From the NCBI RefSeq assembly GCF_006345805.1, contig NC_042998.1:207762001-207826000 (forward strand): DNA of 64,000 nt. The letters run 5' to 3'. This DNA comes from Octopus sinensis. Its lineage: Eukaryota. Positions 37,563 through 51,895 of this stretch are shown here, piece after piece. A program made the position numbers and the translations under genes. Each line of letters opens with the position of its first letter. Position 1 is the stretch's first letter. The notes under the pieces are model-generated. The model had not been told where the DNA came from and searched no databases. It saw only the letters and a list, made by a program, of their open reading frames with translations.

Positions 37563-38521
37563 TCTTTATATATAAACTAGCAGTATCGCCCGGCGTTGCT
37601 CGGGTTTGTAAGGGAAATAACTATATAAGCATTTTTAGAGAGTTATAGCCAAAAAATAGCAAAAAAATGCATTCAAAATGGAAAAAAAATTATGGTAAAT
37701 TTTTTTTTTAATCGTTGACTCATCGTAGACATTTTCTGTTTTAGTGTCTTCAAGCCATGAAGTCGTTGTTCTAAAAGAACGCTGGTCTCCTTGACAATGC
37801 TTTACGACGTTGATTTCCTTACACTCCCTTCCCCACAGCTTCACGAGGGAGGGAAGAAGGGGGAGAAGCAAACAGGTGCAGGTGTGACCATGGACGCCAA
37901 CTCCGCCGCCATCGACACACGAAAGATTATGCATTAAAATGGAATAAAAAATGATGTTAAATTATTTTTAAAATCGTAGACTCATCGTAGACGCGCGCTA
38001 ATACTCAGACGGGCTCGATATGAATCACGACTATAAGATACCCGGTTTGGGTTAAACTGCACCGCAAAATGTGGGAGTAGTTAGGAATCTAAATCGTAGG
38101 AGACAGACACTCACACAACTACAGTTTTATATATATAGAAGTCAAGTTGTGTATCTGTCTCCTACGATTTAGATTCCTAACTACTCATACATTTTGCGGT
38201 GCAGTGTAACCAAAAGCGGGTATCTTATAGTCGTGATTCATATCGAGTCCTTCTGGGTATTAGCGCGCGTCTACGATGAGTCTACGATTTAAAAAAAAAT
38301 TACCATAATTTTTTTTCCATTTTAATGCATTTTTTCGCTATTATATAAAGGAAGCAACTCTCTAAAAATGTCTACGATAAGTCAACGATTTAAAAAAAAA
38401 ATTACCATCATTTTTTTCCATTTTTAATGCATTTTTTGCTATTTTTTTGGCTATAACTCTCTAAAAATGCTTATATAGTTATTCCCCTTACAAACCCGAG
38501 CAACGCGGGCGATACTGCTAG
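37563..38521 (+). mobile_element. Non-autonomous Helitron (outer copy; 37563-37576 + 38140-38521)
   Basis: 5' TCTTTATATATAAA, 3' hairpin + CTAG|T; matches 42354-42750. Confidence 0.85.
37577..38139 (-). mobile_element. Helitron of the same family nested in reverse orientation (longer variant)
   Basis: Minus strand TC...cccgagcaacgccggg..CTAG; carries about 190 bp absent from the other copies. Confidence 0.88.
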
Positions 38522-38597
38522 TTGTTAATAAAGGAAAGAAAACAGATACATTACATATTGCAGTCCGTTGTAGATTTTGCTTTAAAAATTTATTGAT

Positions 38598-39412
38598 TTC
38601 AATTTTTGGCACAACGCCAGCAATTTCGGGGGGGGGCGGTTTAGTCGATTACATCGATCCTAGTATTCAACTGGTACTCATTTAATTGACCACGAAAGGA
38701 TGAAAGAGAAAGATGACCTCAATGAAATTTGAACTCAGAACGTAAAGACAGACGAAATATCTGTTTCTTTACTACCCACAAGGGTCTAAACACACAGAGG
38801 ACAAACAAGGACAGACAAACGGATTAAGTCGATTATATCGAGCCCAGTGCGAAACTGGTACTTATTTAATCGACCCCGAAAGGATGAAAGGCAAAGTCGA
38901 CCTCGGCGGAATTTGAACTGAGAACGTAGCGGCAGACGAAATACCTATTTCTTTACTACCAACAAGGGGCTAAACACACAGAGGACAAACAAGGACAGAC
39001 ATAGGTATTAAGTCGATTACATCGACCCCAGTGCGTAGCTGGTACTAATTTAATCGACCCCGAAAGGATAAAAGGCAAAGTCGACCTCGGCGGAATTTGA
39101 ACTCAGAACGTAGCGGCAGACGAAATACCGCTAAACATTTCGCCCGGCGTGCTAGCGACTCTGCCAGCTCGCCGCCTTACCGTAAAATACATTAATAACG
39201 GTTTCAAATGTTGGCACAAGGCCAGCAATTTCGGGGGAGGGGGTAAGTCGATTACATCGACCCTAGTATCCAACTGGTACTTGTTTTTTCAACTTCGAAA
39301 GAACAAAAGCAAAGTCGACCTCGGCAGAATTTGAACGCAGAAGTTCAAGACCGAAGAAATGCCGACAAGCATTTTACTCGGCGCGGTAATGATTCTGCCA
39401 GCACGCCACCTT
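38598..39412 (-). mobile_element. SINE B trimer + monomer
   Basis: Repeated family B units. Confidence 0.9.
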
Positions 39413-39425
39413 GTTTATGCTTTAA

Positions 39426-39947
39426 CCCATTGCCTGCCATGAGCCCCATTTAGGGATCTCCTACAAACAGTCTCACTGCCGGTTGTTCGTCGTATTTAAA
39501 GGAGATTACTTATGCACATTGCATCTGCAGAGGTGTGTTTAACAATATTTAGTAATTAAAGTTCGTCATTATTAGCTCTGGCTAATTCTAGAGGACATTT
39601 TATGCCATAAATCGCAATTTTTGAACCACAAAAATATTGACCGTTTTGAAAACGTCTTTTCCGTTTGTTTTGCATTTCCTATCTTTATCATTCATTGATA
39701 TTTCATACACTTTCGCATTCAATACTATAGTTTCAAAAAAAAAACTAAAATGTTTATTATTACAATTGAATGGAAAAGGATAAATATGCTTTTTTTTCAG
39801 CAATCCCCATTTGGGACTTTTCGAAAAATTTATAATTTCCAAAATAATTCACATACGAAGAAAATTTAAATACTATATATTATTTTAACTCCTAAGACAC
39901 CAGGCAAAGCCAAAAGAATATGAATTAAAAAATTGGCAGTTAATGGC
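39426..39947. mobile_element. piggyBac-like MITE
   Basis: TTAA|cccattgcctgcca ... tggcagttaatggc|TTAA. Confidence 0.6.
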
Positions 39948-40489
39948 TTAAAAATATATTAAAAAAGGAAACAAATAATCATGGATGAAATACCTTTGAT
40001 TAAAGGTGTTTTGGATCAAAGGTAACCTTACTTTTACTTCCATCATGAAGACTACAGACATATTCAAACGTCAAAGCATTAGTTATTGGAAGGAGAGAAA
40101 AAACGAAAAGCAAGTAGAATTCCCATGTTTGTTTACATTTATTCTTTAATAAACAAAACAAAAATTCGTTTGCAACTTTGGAAATGTTCTTTTAAGTTCC
40201 TGCAAGTATTCTTCTCTCATATTGTAACAAGTTTTCCCCCTGAAATGTTTCATAAATCCTCCGTTAAGCGTATCTACAAAATTTGCCGCAAACATTTTTC
40301 CATAGCAAAAATTTGCCGTGGGAAATTTCACCATGAAGGCGGCACATAATTAAAGTGTAAACTCGATAATTTATTTCTCTAACTGGTAGGTTTATTGATA
40401 AAGTTGCCATTTTTAGAAAACAGCTAATTTTTATTATTATTTTTTGTTTTCACGGCGAATTTTCCTACAGCAATAATGCGAAATTTCTT

Positions 40490-40759
40490 AAGGAAAAAAA
40501 AAGTCGAGAGATATGACAGGTTAGCCTAGGAAGTTAATAGGTGTGGTCGATGAAAAAGGTAGCAGTAGTACCAGTAATTGTCGGAGCCCTGGGAACAGTG
40601 ATCAAAAATCTCGAGAAGTACGTGGAACAAATAGGGGCTGCAATAAGGGTAGAGCACTGGCAGAAAACAGCACTGCTTGGAACCGCTCGAATATTCCGGA
40701 AGGCGCTCAAAAATAAGAGATGTTACCTTAGTTCACTGGTAGTGAAGTTGGGCAAAGGC

Positions 40760-40817
<58 letters not shown>

Positions 40818-41067
40818 TAAAGTAGGTGCCTTAGGCATGATAAAAAAAATATTCAGACAAATACATAACAAAAACACCAGGACTTACAAACACATATAAC
40901 ATACAGAAAATTGCACTACTAGGCACTGCACACATCCTACGCAAAACACTTTCCATACAATAACCATCAGAGCATCACAACAAATCACAGCACATACCCA
41001 AGGCACACAGAGCTGCGCTCGGTAGTGAAGTGAAAGCACGCTATAAAAATAAAACTGAATAATAATC

Positions 41068-41139
<72 letters not shown>

Positions 41140-41345
41140 TAATAACATAGAAAAATACCTTAGGAATGAGAACTCAGGTTCGAATTTCCCCCAAGACACC
41201 AGATGAAGGCTGGAAGGTATATCAGCCGAAATGGTGTGTTAACTTTAGTGTGTTACCTTAGTTCACTGGTAGTGAACAGCTGACACTGTAGTACATCTCC
41301 AGCGTTAGAAGCTGTGCAAAAGCAATGATAATAATAATGATAATA
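40490..41345 (+). mobile_element. Cluster of R4/Dong-like 3' ends separated by (TAA)n
   Basis: VVPVIVGALGT..QKTALLGTARI (40490-40760); VGALGMIKK..IQKIALLGTAHILRK* (40822-41058); 3' UTR fragment 41249-41325. Confidence 0.85.
41146..41243 (+). mobile_element. Hammerhead-containing module (Penelope pLTR-like), truncated
   Basis: gacac-cagatga-a-ggctg..cagcc-gaaa; homologous to the 55348-55522 and 57040-57221 copies. Confidence 0.7.
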
Positions 41346-41930
41346 ATCGCAGCAAATAACGAACAAGATGGACTTACATCACCGAGCTCTCTGGAAGGAA
41401 ATATTAGATCTGCGATCATCAAGTTGAATTTAAGAAACATCCAAAAAATGAAGGAAAACTACATTTTATTGTAAATGATCCTAGAAAAACGAACGATCCT
41501 CAAAATTGTAAAACAACACGTAGGGTTGTGAGAAGTAAAACTAATCATGTATATGCATTCCCTTTAGTACACATAGACACATTGCTATTTCCCGATTATA
41601 CACCAACCAATATAATATTTGTGTTTATACAACTCACACACGAACACGTTGCAGCTTCCATGCGTACACAAAACAAATAACTTGTTGAAATTGTTGACAA
41701 ACAACAGCAGTAATTGTATTCACCTCAATAGACGTCATTGGTTGGTTGAAATTGCCGAAATACAAGAAATTTAACAACAAATAGCTTACAAACTACAGAA
41801 TTTTCTCAAGAACGTCAAGAGAAAATGATGTTTTATGTGACACATTCTACCAGTATACGAAGTTTAAAAGTGTTTAGTTACAAAGAAATTATTTTTTAAA
41901 TCTGCCGGTCAAAGTGAAAAGATCATTATA

Positions 41931-41961
<31 letters not shown>

Positions 41962-42006
41962 GTAGTAGTAGTAGTAGTAGTAGTAGTAGGAGTGGTAGTA
42001 GGAGTG

Positions 42007-42049
<43 letters not shown>

Positions 42050-42051
<2 letters not shown>

Positions 42052-42322
42052 CTGTGTGTGTATTGTTTGTGGAAGGTCAGCAGTCGCCCATGCATACCAG
42101 ATTCGCCTCTCCAAGCCACCAATGTTATCCAAGGGAAAGGCTAAAGAGCCGATACAGCTTGGCACCAGTGACGTCGCAACTCATTTCTACAGATGAGTCA
42201 ACTGGAGCAACGTGAAATAAAGCGTCTTGCTCAAGAACACAACACGCAGCCCGGTCCGGGAATCAAACTCGTAACCTCGCGATCGAAAGCTCGACGCTCT
42301 AACCACTGAGCCATGCGCCTAC
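42050..42322 (-). mobile_element. SINE family D (CORE-like) ending in (TAC)n
   Basis: tRNA-like head + tgtgttcttgagcaagac; second copy at 48895-49175. Confidence 0.85.
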
Positions 42323-42353
42323 TCACACACACACACACACACACAAACACACA

Positions 42354-42750
42354 TCTTTATATGTAAAAGTGAAGTTGTGTGTCTGTCTCCTACGATTTAG
42401 ATTCCTAACTACTCCCACATTTTGCGGTGCAGTGTAACCAAAACCGGGTATCTTATAGTCGTGATTCATATCGAGCCCTTCTGGGTATTAGCGCGCGTCT
42501 ACGATGAGTCTACGATTTTAAAAATAATTTACCATCATTTTTTTCCATTTTAATGCATTTTTTCGCTATTATATAAGGGAAGTAACTCTCTAAAAAGTCT
42601 ACGATGAGTCAACGATTTAAAAAAAAATTTACCATAATCTTTTTCCCATTTTTAATGCATTTTTTTGCTATTTTTTGGCTATAACTCTCTAAAAATGCTT
42701 ATATAGTTATTTCCCTTACAAACCCGAGCAACGCCGGGCGATACTGCTAG
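42354..42750 (+). mobile_element. Intact non-autonomous Helitron
   Basis: A|TC 5' end, subterminal hairpin cccgagcaacgccggg, CTAG|T 3' end, no TSD. Confidence 0.92.
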
Positions 42751-43719
42751 TATATATACATATATATTAGCCATACAGAATAGAAAATGTTAATATTCCC
42801 TCTCTTTTCTCCTTCTATTATCATGATCATATTTGTCCATTCGTCCTCCTCGTTTCTGTTACATAGTTTGTACAGGAAATTTCCCCAAGAGCTAACAATA
42901 GCCAATGACAATAGCAGCTTCAAGATGGAACCATTATTATTTGGTCAATTAAAATGGTATGGCGACCAGCGAGCGAGCAGAAGGCTCAGCGCGTCGAACA
43001 AAACACATTGCGGCATTTCCTCCAGCTCTTTTACGTTCTGAATTCAAATCTTGCTGAAGTCAACCATGTATTGCCTCCCTTCGGGGTCGATAACATGACT
43101 TACCAGTTAAGTACTAGTGGTGGGGGGGATTCATGTAATCATTTTGTCCACTCGCCTTCAAATTGTTAGCGTTGAACCGGACAACCAGCCGGAATCCTGT
43201 CCACGGAGAATTTTGTAACCTCGATCACTTATAGACCATGGGAACCGGTCTTTGGGATCGAGAAAGAAAATAGAGCGGTGGGATAGCAAAATCTGTTGCG
43301 ACATCCAGTTACGTACCATAGATTACTGAGTTCAAATCTCGCCAGCGTCGGTTTTGCTTTTTCATTCTTCCCATATCAGCAGTTGTGTTCTCTTGCTCTA
43401 CATCCGCTCCGATTGAGCAAACGTGTGGTCAAAGCCGATCCAGTCGTGAACACGTCATCTTCTTTTCGGTTATTATATATCTAGAACTACGATATCCAAA
43501 AAAATCCTTCTTTATTTTAGGCGTAAGGTCTGATTTTTTGAGATTTGGTTGCTATTTTTTCAAAGTTTCCTCTTAATTCCTATCCCCACAACGTTCTAGG
43601 AAGAGAAACAAAAGAAATATCCTAGGAACGTCTCTCAGTATGCCATTAATCCCAGGAGTATTCACACTGTAATGCCTCTCTCTCTCCGTAATACATTTAA
43701 CAACTTTAAAGATCGAGCC

Positions 43720-44127
43720 ATACTCTTTTACTCTTTTACTTGTTTCAGTCATTTGACTGCGGCCATGCTGGAGCACCGCCTTTAGTCGAGCAAATCGACC
43801 CCGAGACTTATTCTTTGTAAGCCCAGTACTTATTCTATCGGTCTCTTTTGCCGAACCGCTAAGTGACGGGGACGCAAACACACCAACATCGGTTGTCAAG
43901 CAATGCTAGGGGGACAAACACAGACATACAAACACACACACACATATATATATACATATATACGACAGGCTTCATTCAGTTTCCGTGTACCAAATCCACT
44001 CACAAGGTATTGGTCTGCCCGAGGCTATAGCAGAAGACACTTGCCCAAGGTGCCACGCAGTGGGACTGAACACGGAACCATGTGGTTGGTTAGCAAGCTA
44101 CTTACCACACAGCCACTCCTGCACCTC
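43720..44127 (-). mobile_element. SINE A, full length
   Basis: Consensus match. Confidence 0.92.
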
Positions 44128-44428
44128 CATGCTGAAGATTCTTAAAAAGAATGAAATAGACTTATACATAATTACCACCAACAAGAAATTGTAACACCTC
44201 CCCATAGATGATGGGAAAAAATTACTATTAATTATGTATTTGATTAGGTGATTCAAAGTCCTTGAGGTCCCTGTAGCACAAGGGAGTAGAAAGAAGGAAA
44301 AGAAGGGGCCTAAAAATTCAAAAGATGTCGACTGACAGGAAGCTTAAAGGACTGAATGTCAAAGACCAAAAGAAAGTAAAACGATCGTAGAGAGCAATAG
44401 TTACAGCGGCAGCAGCAGCAGTTGCAGT

Positions 44429-44519
<91 letters not shown>

Positions 44520-44829
44520 ATTGTTGTCATTGTTGTTTTGTCTCAGACTAATGCTGATCAAACAAATTTCTAGTCAAAGACATTCCAACCTTGACCATCC
44601 CGCTTCTTCCCTACGAGCAAGGAATCCAGGATCATCTTATGTAACGTTATGGCCTTTTCTTTTAAGAAGGTAGATGAGGATTCAAGGGAGATTCGATAAC
44701 CATCACTTACAGATCGAAAACGGAATCACTTTGGGACACCTAATTCACAAATGTTTTTTTTTTTTTTGTGTCCGTAAGAGGCAAAGACTGGCGACCATTT
44801 TTTATGCCAGTGGACGCAATCTGAAGCTT

Positions 44830-45580
44830 TCTCCTAGATTTCAGAACATATGAGACCAATCGCTTTCGCTTCATCTTTCGTTTATCCATTCTTTGTCTTC
44901 TTAAGTCGCCCAACTTTCTACTTTTCTTCAGGTTGCCAGTTTAAAAACTTGCCTTGCAATGCTGTTTGAAGGTTTCCTTAGAGTGTGACCAATTCAACCC
45001 CATTTTCTTTTCAGAATTTCTTCATTAATAAGGCGGTGAGCTGGCAGAAACGTTAGCACGCCGGACGAAATGCGTAGCCGTATTTCGTCTGCCGTTACGT
45101 TCTGAGTTCAAATTCCACCGAGGTTGACTTTACCTTTCATCTTTTCGGGGGTCGATAAATTAAGTACCAGTTACGCACTGGGGTCGATGTAATCGACTTA
45201 ATCCGTTTGTCTGTCTTTATTTGTCCTCTCTGTGTTTAGCCCCTTGTGGGTAGTAAAGAAATAGATATTTCGTGTGTCTTTACGTTCTCAATTCAAATTT
45301 CGCCGAGGTCGACTTTGCCTTTCATCCTTTTGGCGTCGATAAATTAAGTACCAGTTACGTACTGGGGTCGATCTAATCGACTGGTTCCCTCCCCCAAAAT
45401 TTCTGACTTTGTGTCTAGCGCAGAAAAGAATTTCTTCATTAATGGCTGTTTAGTTCCTTCTATCCCACTAGTTTCTGTTTGAAATTTTGTCTTGAAGATG
45501 TAGCGCAGACATATTTTGATGAAGGTCTGTAGCTTACTTTTTATGGTTTTGGTAGCCTCCAAGTTTCTGACTCGCAAAGA
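44830..45580 (-). mobile_element. RTE-clade LINE fragment interrupted by SINE B
   Basis: KLQTFIKICLR..; IGHTLRKPSNSIARQ..GRLKKT. Confidence 0.75.
45030..45426 (+). mobile_element. Dimeric SINE B with both tail types
   Basis: 17-bp TSD agaatttcttcattaat (45013-45029; 45427-45443) brackets the whole dimer. Confidence 0.93.
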
Positions 45581-46234
45581 ACTGGTATACGAACCGGTAA
45601 TGCACTGTTGTTGATTTAATTGCCCCTAAAATCCTTCCTCTACCCGCTCCCCACATGAAAAATATTTACGGTCTTCTGCCAATGTTTGCTGTCAAAATTC
45701 ACATTTGTAAACAACATATCGTCAACGGTTCTGTTTTATTTTACATAACAATGGGTATCTTTGTATGGAAATGTGTAAAAGTATAATGAACATACAAATT
45801 GAAAGGGGGAAAAAAACGTTAATATTCATTTTTTTTTAATTACAATATTTGCATATTATGTTAGCTTTATTAGAGATGTGAGGTTTTTAATGTGAAGGTG
45901 ACTCAAACAATGAAAGACACAAATAGGAAAATAAGAAACAAATCATTATTATGAAAAAGAGGAAAAAACAAAGTAATTTGAGAATACGAAAGACGAAAGA
46001 TGGCGTAGTTGTTTCTTTTGGCGGCACGAAAGTTCATATTATATAATTTAACAGGTTCTCTCTTTCTCTCTCTCTCTCTCTCGCTCTCTCTCTGTATGTA
46101 TATATATATATGCATACATACACACGCTTATATATTATGTGTATATGTATATTTATATATGTGCATATATATACATATGTATATATGTATATATATATAT
46201 ATATATGTGTATATATATACATACATATACATAC

Positions 46235-46307
<73 letters not shown>

Positions 46308-46321
46308 GCATACATATACAT

Positions 46322-46356
<35 letters not shown>

Positions 46357-46517
46357 ACCGTGTTGGGTGTAAGTGTATGCATGTATCTGAGTTTCTAAGT
46401 TTTATTCTGAAACTTAACAATCACAAGACCATATTTCATATATTGTTGTTGTTGTTCTTATTATTCTTATACACAACAGAGTAGACTGTTCGCAAAGAAA
46501 AAAATCTACAAGTAACC

Positions 46518-46568
<51 letters not shown>

Positions 46569-46576
46569 GTAATTAT

Positions 46577-46618
<42 letters not shown>

Positions 46619-46796
46619 CAGCAGCAGTAGTAGTAGTTGTTGTATTTGCTATTTTCCAGGAAAGATTTGTGTACGATCAGTTATCAGGTATAAAGAACCA
46701 ATTTCATTTCTTATTGTCGTTTTAATTCCTGTATTCCTAACGAAGAGTTTGAAAAAATTTTCTTTTAAACCATTTATCTCCGTTCTTCTGTCTCCC

Positions 46797-46833
<37 letters not shown>

Positions 46834-46896
46834 ATATATATAATATGTTCAGGATAAATACAAAGAAGACAGCAAACGGAAAATATGACATACCTT

Positions 46897-46937
<41 letters not shown>

Positions 46938-47244
46938 ACATGTGTAGTAAATAAACAAACGAACGTATACCAAATACACAGGGAAACAGAAAACACAGAA
47001 ATTCACCAACCTCTCATCAGTTATCGGCCAAAGGGTCAAACGCAATTTCGGCCATTATCGTATATCAATCTTTTGAATGATTATAAACCATGATTTATAT
47101 ATAAATGAATTGTTTTATGAATATTATTATTCACAACAAATATTAGGTATTGAACGATTAATTCATTGGATGATACCATCCATTAACGAGGCTACTTTAA
47201 CTTCTAATTGTACACACACACACACTTACACACACATACCACAC

Positions 47245-47311
<67 letters not shown>

Positions 47312-48646
47312 TATACATTGTATATAGTTATGAGCTAGAAATAATTTCATACATTGGAGATGACTAGGTAGGTTTTCATAACACACTTTGTCTCTCCAAG
47401 TAATATCAGATTGTCAGCACGTGCCCTATACAAAAATAGAAAAGAGTAAGGCAAAGGGAAAAGCAAGAAGTGGAAAGGTGAAAATACAAAAAAAAAAAAA
47501 AGATAGGATAAAATAAACAAGAGAAAAAGAAAAGGGAGAATACATAACTTGCATTTTTTAGATACATTAACTTATAACGGAATTTTCTACGATTGCCAAC
47601 GGCGCTGCTGAATTCCCGATTAGAAATATCCAGCAAATGTAAACATCTTGACGAATTTCTATCGGTGAATTGGAGAACTCCACCCTATCTCGACCGAGCA
47701 GCTGTAACACACACTATAGACCCCTTCCGTTGATTCTATGTCAACTAGCTTTATGGCTTTACGTTCAAAGGCGACATAACTCTAATCCTCGTAATTCTCT
47801 CCCTTTTTTCATATTTTGCATCCACCTTTCTCTTGTTTTTTCTCGTAATTTCTCTTGTTCTACTGTGCTGATTTGTAACTTGTACAGGCCATGTACTCAG
47901 AGTCCAATGAATTCTGGGAGACACTAGGCGTGTTATTAAAACCTGCCTAGTCAACACCACCAATGTATGAAACTATTAGCTCATAACTATATACTGTGTA
48001 CATTAAGCAATATTTATTTCTCGGTGGATGGAGTACTTTTTCTGTTGATCTTACCATAATAGCAAAGTAAACCACACACGCATGTATGTGTGTATTCTTG
48101 TATTCTTTCACTGTTTTGTGTTTCAGCCTTTCCACAGCCCTCTTCTATGATTGATATCTTCTGCGTAGGACGGTTTAATATCACCACCCTCTTTGCATGT
48201 GCTTTCGTCATAGTTGTTGGTTCGTTTTGGTGTATGTGATAGAGTGACACTGCTGTCCTTGTCTGTACGACATACCAGGACATTGGTCCGTTGGTATCGT
48301 GGATAGAAAATTGTTAATTTATTTTGAAGCCATACACATCCAAACCATGTAAGTTTTTTAAAATTCGTTTTGCAGAGCATCGAAGAACTGTGAGCCTTTG
48401 AACCTTAAACTATCGCAACACCTCGCTCCTTCTTAGACGTAGTGGACAGTGCCTTTGGCTCCATTATGACAAATTAGGAACCAGTTCTTCCAAGATTTTC
48501 TACATGCAAATTATTATATATCTCTCGCGTCATCGCTCCAAGGAGTAAAGTCGTGGTTTCTTCGATCTCTCTCAGTAATTCATTTGATTTGTGGAAACGT
48601 GCGTAGCGATGCGTTAAAATATTCATAAATTCCATCCGTGGATTAT

Positions 48647-48679
<33 letters not shown>

Positions 48680-48847
48680 AACTACCACCACCACAACCAC
48701 AACCACCACCACTACTACTACTACTACTACAACTACCACCACCACCACCACCACTACTACTACTACTACAACTACCACCACCACCACCACCACCACCACC
48801 ACTAACTACTACTACTACTACTACTACAACTACCACCACCACCACAG

Positions 48848-48894
<47 letters not shown>

Positions 48895-48895
<1 letters not shown>

Positions 48896-49175
48896 TGTGT
48901 ATGTGTGTGTGTATTGTTTGTGGAAAGCCAGCAGCCGCCCATGCATACCAGCGTCCCCTCTCCCCATGCCACTGATGTTATCCAAAGGAAAGGCAAAGGG
49001 GCCGATTAAGCTTGGCACCAGTAATGTCGCAACTCCTTTCTACAGCTGAGTTAACTGGAGCAACGTGAAATAAAGTGTCTTGCTCAAGAACACAACACAC
49101 AGCCCGGTCTGGGAATCGAACTCACAACCTCACAATCGTAAGCTCGACGCTCTAACCACTGAGCCATGTGCCTTC
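48895..49175 (-). mobile_element. SINE D followed by (TAG/TGG)n compound microsatellite (48648-48895)
   Basis: Matches 42050-42322. Confidence 0.85.
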
Positions 49176-49214
49176 ACACACACACACACACCACACATAT
49201 ATGTAATTCATCTG

Positions 49215-49430
49215 CTGCACTGGGGCAATCATTTTAGTGTCGTAGCGTTGGATCACTTCCAGCTCCTCTGTTAATTTGTCTCTATTCAGTTACCACAGCT
49301 GAGAGCCATAATCCGGGCGGCTGAGAACAAGGATTTTCTGCAGAGTCAACATGACTGCTTGCTCTCTTGTCCTGAAGCACCTTAGCACCCATCCTGTCAA
49401 TCGCCTATACTTTGTTGCCCTTTCCGTATG
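49215..49430 (-). mobile_element. CR1/L2-group RT fragment
   Basis: GWVLRCFRTRE..LVLSRPDYGSQLW..ELEVIQR. Confidence 0.8.
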
Positions 49431-49569
49431 ATCTCGCAACTTAGACCGTTAACCAAACGATAAATAACCTGTATTTAGTACCCCATGCGTATTTCTCTTT
49501 GTCTTATTGTAATTCTATCCTTTGTTATTCGTATTTCGCAGAGTATATGTAAAAAATCTAAACATGGCG

Positions 49570-50565
49570 CAGTACTTGTTCTATCAGTCTCTTTTGCCGA
49601 ACCGCTAAGTTACGGGGACGTAAACACACCAGCATCGGTTGTCAAGCGATGTTGGGGGACAAACACAGACACACAAACATATATACACACACACATATAT
49701 ATATACATATATACGATGGGCTTCTTTCATGTGGTTGCGAAGCAAGCTACTTACCACACAGCCACTCCTGCGCCTGTATATATACGACGGGCTTCTTTCA
49801 GTTTCCGTCTACCAAATCCATTCACAAGGCTTTGGTCGGCACGAGGCTATAGTAGAAGCCACTCGCCCAAGGTGCCACGCAGTGGGACTGAACCCGGAAC
49901 CATGTGGCCGAGAAACAAGCTTACCACACAGCCACTCCTGCGTCTATATACTTTACAATCTTTAAATCACTTTAACCCCATTGTTAAAGTTCACATTTAC
50001 TTCTGTCTCCCTCAAGTGATTTTCAAAAAATTGTATAAACCTGTGAACCGTGCACAATCTTGCTATCAACGCTTTAGATTTACCTCAACTACAACTTACA
50101 ACTGACCCCAGATTTTCAACACTTAGCAAAGGAAAAGTTATAGAAGGCAGGTGTGGCTATGTGGTAAGAAGTTTGCTTCCCAAACACATGGTTATGGGTT
50201 CAGTCTCAATGCCTGGCACCTAAGGCAAGTGCCTTCTACCGTAGCTTTGAGCCAACCAAAACCGTGTGACTGGATTTCGTATACGGAAACTGGAGGAAGC
50301 CGGTCGCATGTCTCCATAAGCACATGTCTACATGTGTATGTCTTTATATATATGTTTGTCCTCACCACCGCTTGACGACAGTATTGGTTTGTTTACGTCC
50401 CTGTAACTTAGCGGTTTGGCCAAATCACCGATACAATATGTACCAGGGTTAAAACAATCAATAAATCCTGGGGCCGATTTGTTCAATTAAGAGAAAACCC
50501 CTTCAAGGCGGTGCCCCAGCATTGCCGCAGTCAAACGACTGGAACAGCAACAGATAAAAGACAAA
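49570..50565. mobile_element. Two SINE A copies (49570-49945 minus with duplicated head end; 50145-50565 plus)
   Basis: Family match. Confidence 0.85.
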
Positions 50566-51589
50566 AGGATCATCAACACCTGATCACACCTGATCACACC
50601 TGATTACACTTCTTTTAAGAAACCGTTTATTACATTTTTTTTAGTAAATTCCTGAAATTTTTTTTAAGCTCGTGAAGCTTGTCGTAGAATGGGAAGTCAT
50701 GTTTGTGGACGGTTTCAAGACGTGAGAAACAAAAGCCAAGGCATTTTAATCAATTCTATAGCCATATGTTGCGCATTGATTTAACTCCATAAATCATGTA
50801 ATTAGCGCAGACATTAAGAGGTTCTTACATTTAACGTGGGAACTTTAGCACCGGTTAAAATGAATTTGTCTTCATATTGATTGATTTTGTTTGACGTAAA
50901 GTTGATCGGCGGATTGCTCTCTACGGGGTCAGTTGGTTTAACGCCAAGGCAATTCATGCTATGTTCTATGGTGATGCAATATTTGATTTATTTACAGTAC
51001 AATGTATGCCCAAAAGATTGAAAACACTAAACTTATCTTTTATATCTTTTACTTGACTTTAGTCATTAGACTGCGGCCAATACTGAGGTAATGTTATGGG
51101 TATAATTATGGAATACCCTCCTTCTCACATGATGAGTGGTATATGGCAGTCGTTACAAATACTTTGACGTCGAGAAGTTGGGGTAGCCGATCATAGAGAG
51201 TCTTGTCTTACTTGTCTAACTATGCTGCTATACCGGAATGGATTTTAAAACAGTCCGACGAGGAATTAACAAAGTCACTAAGAATTTTTAAAAATCACGA
51301 TGAATTAACAAACGCACGAGGATTAGACAAACTCACAAGGGGTTTTTGTGCGAATTTTACGGTATAGAAAATCGAAAAATAATGGAAGATTTGTTGGCCG
51401 GTTTCCTTGATTTGCAAATCAACAACAAAAACGACCGAAAGAAGAACAACAGCAATTACTATTATTACTATTACAACAAATGCTGTAATTAATGAAAGCA
51501 ATCTTCATAACTGTTACACAGTTTCACGTGACCTTTCATGAAACAGATGTGATGATACGAAATACTCAATTATTTAGTGCATATATAAC

Positions 51590-51672
<83 letters not shown>

Positions 51673-51685
51673 GTCTATCTATCTA

Positions 51686-51721
<36 letters not shown>

Positions 51722-51746
51722 TCTAACTATCTCTCAATCTATCTAT

Positions 51747-51783
<37 letters not shown>

Positions 51784-51822
51784 ATCTATCTATCTATCTA
51801 TCTATCTATCTCTATCTATCTA

Positions 51823-51895
<73 letters not shown>

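Noticed and set aside
46990-47070. CTGATGA and CGAAA motifs on the minus strand
   Set aside because: Order and stems do not give a coherent hammerhead fold.
48123-48650. Minus-strand ORF-like segment (MEFMNILTHRYARF..)
   Set aside because: Frames are short and partly microsatellite, with no recognisable domain.
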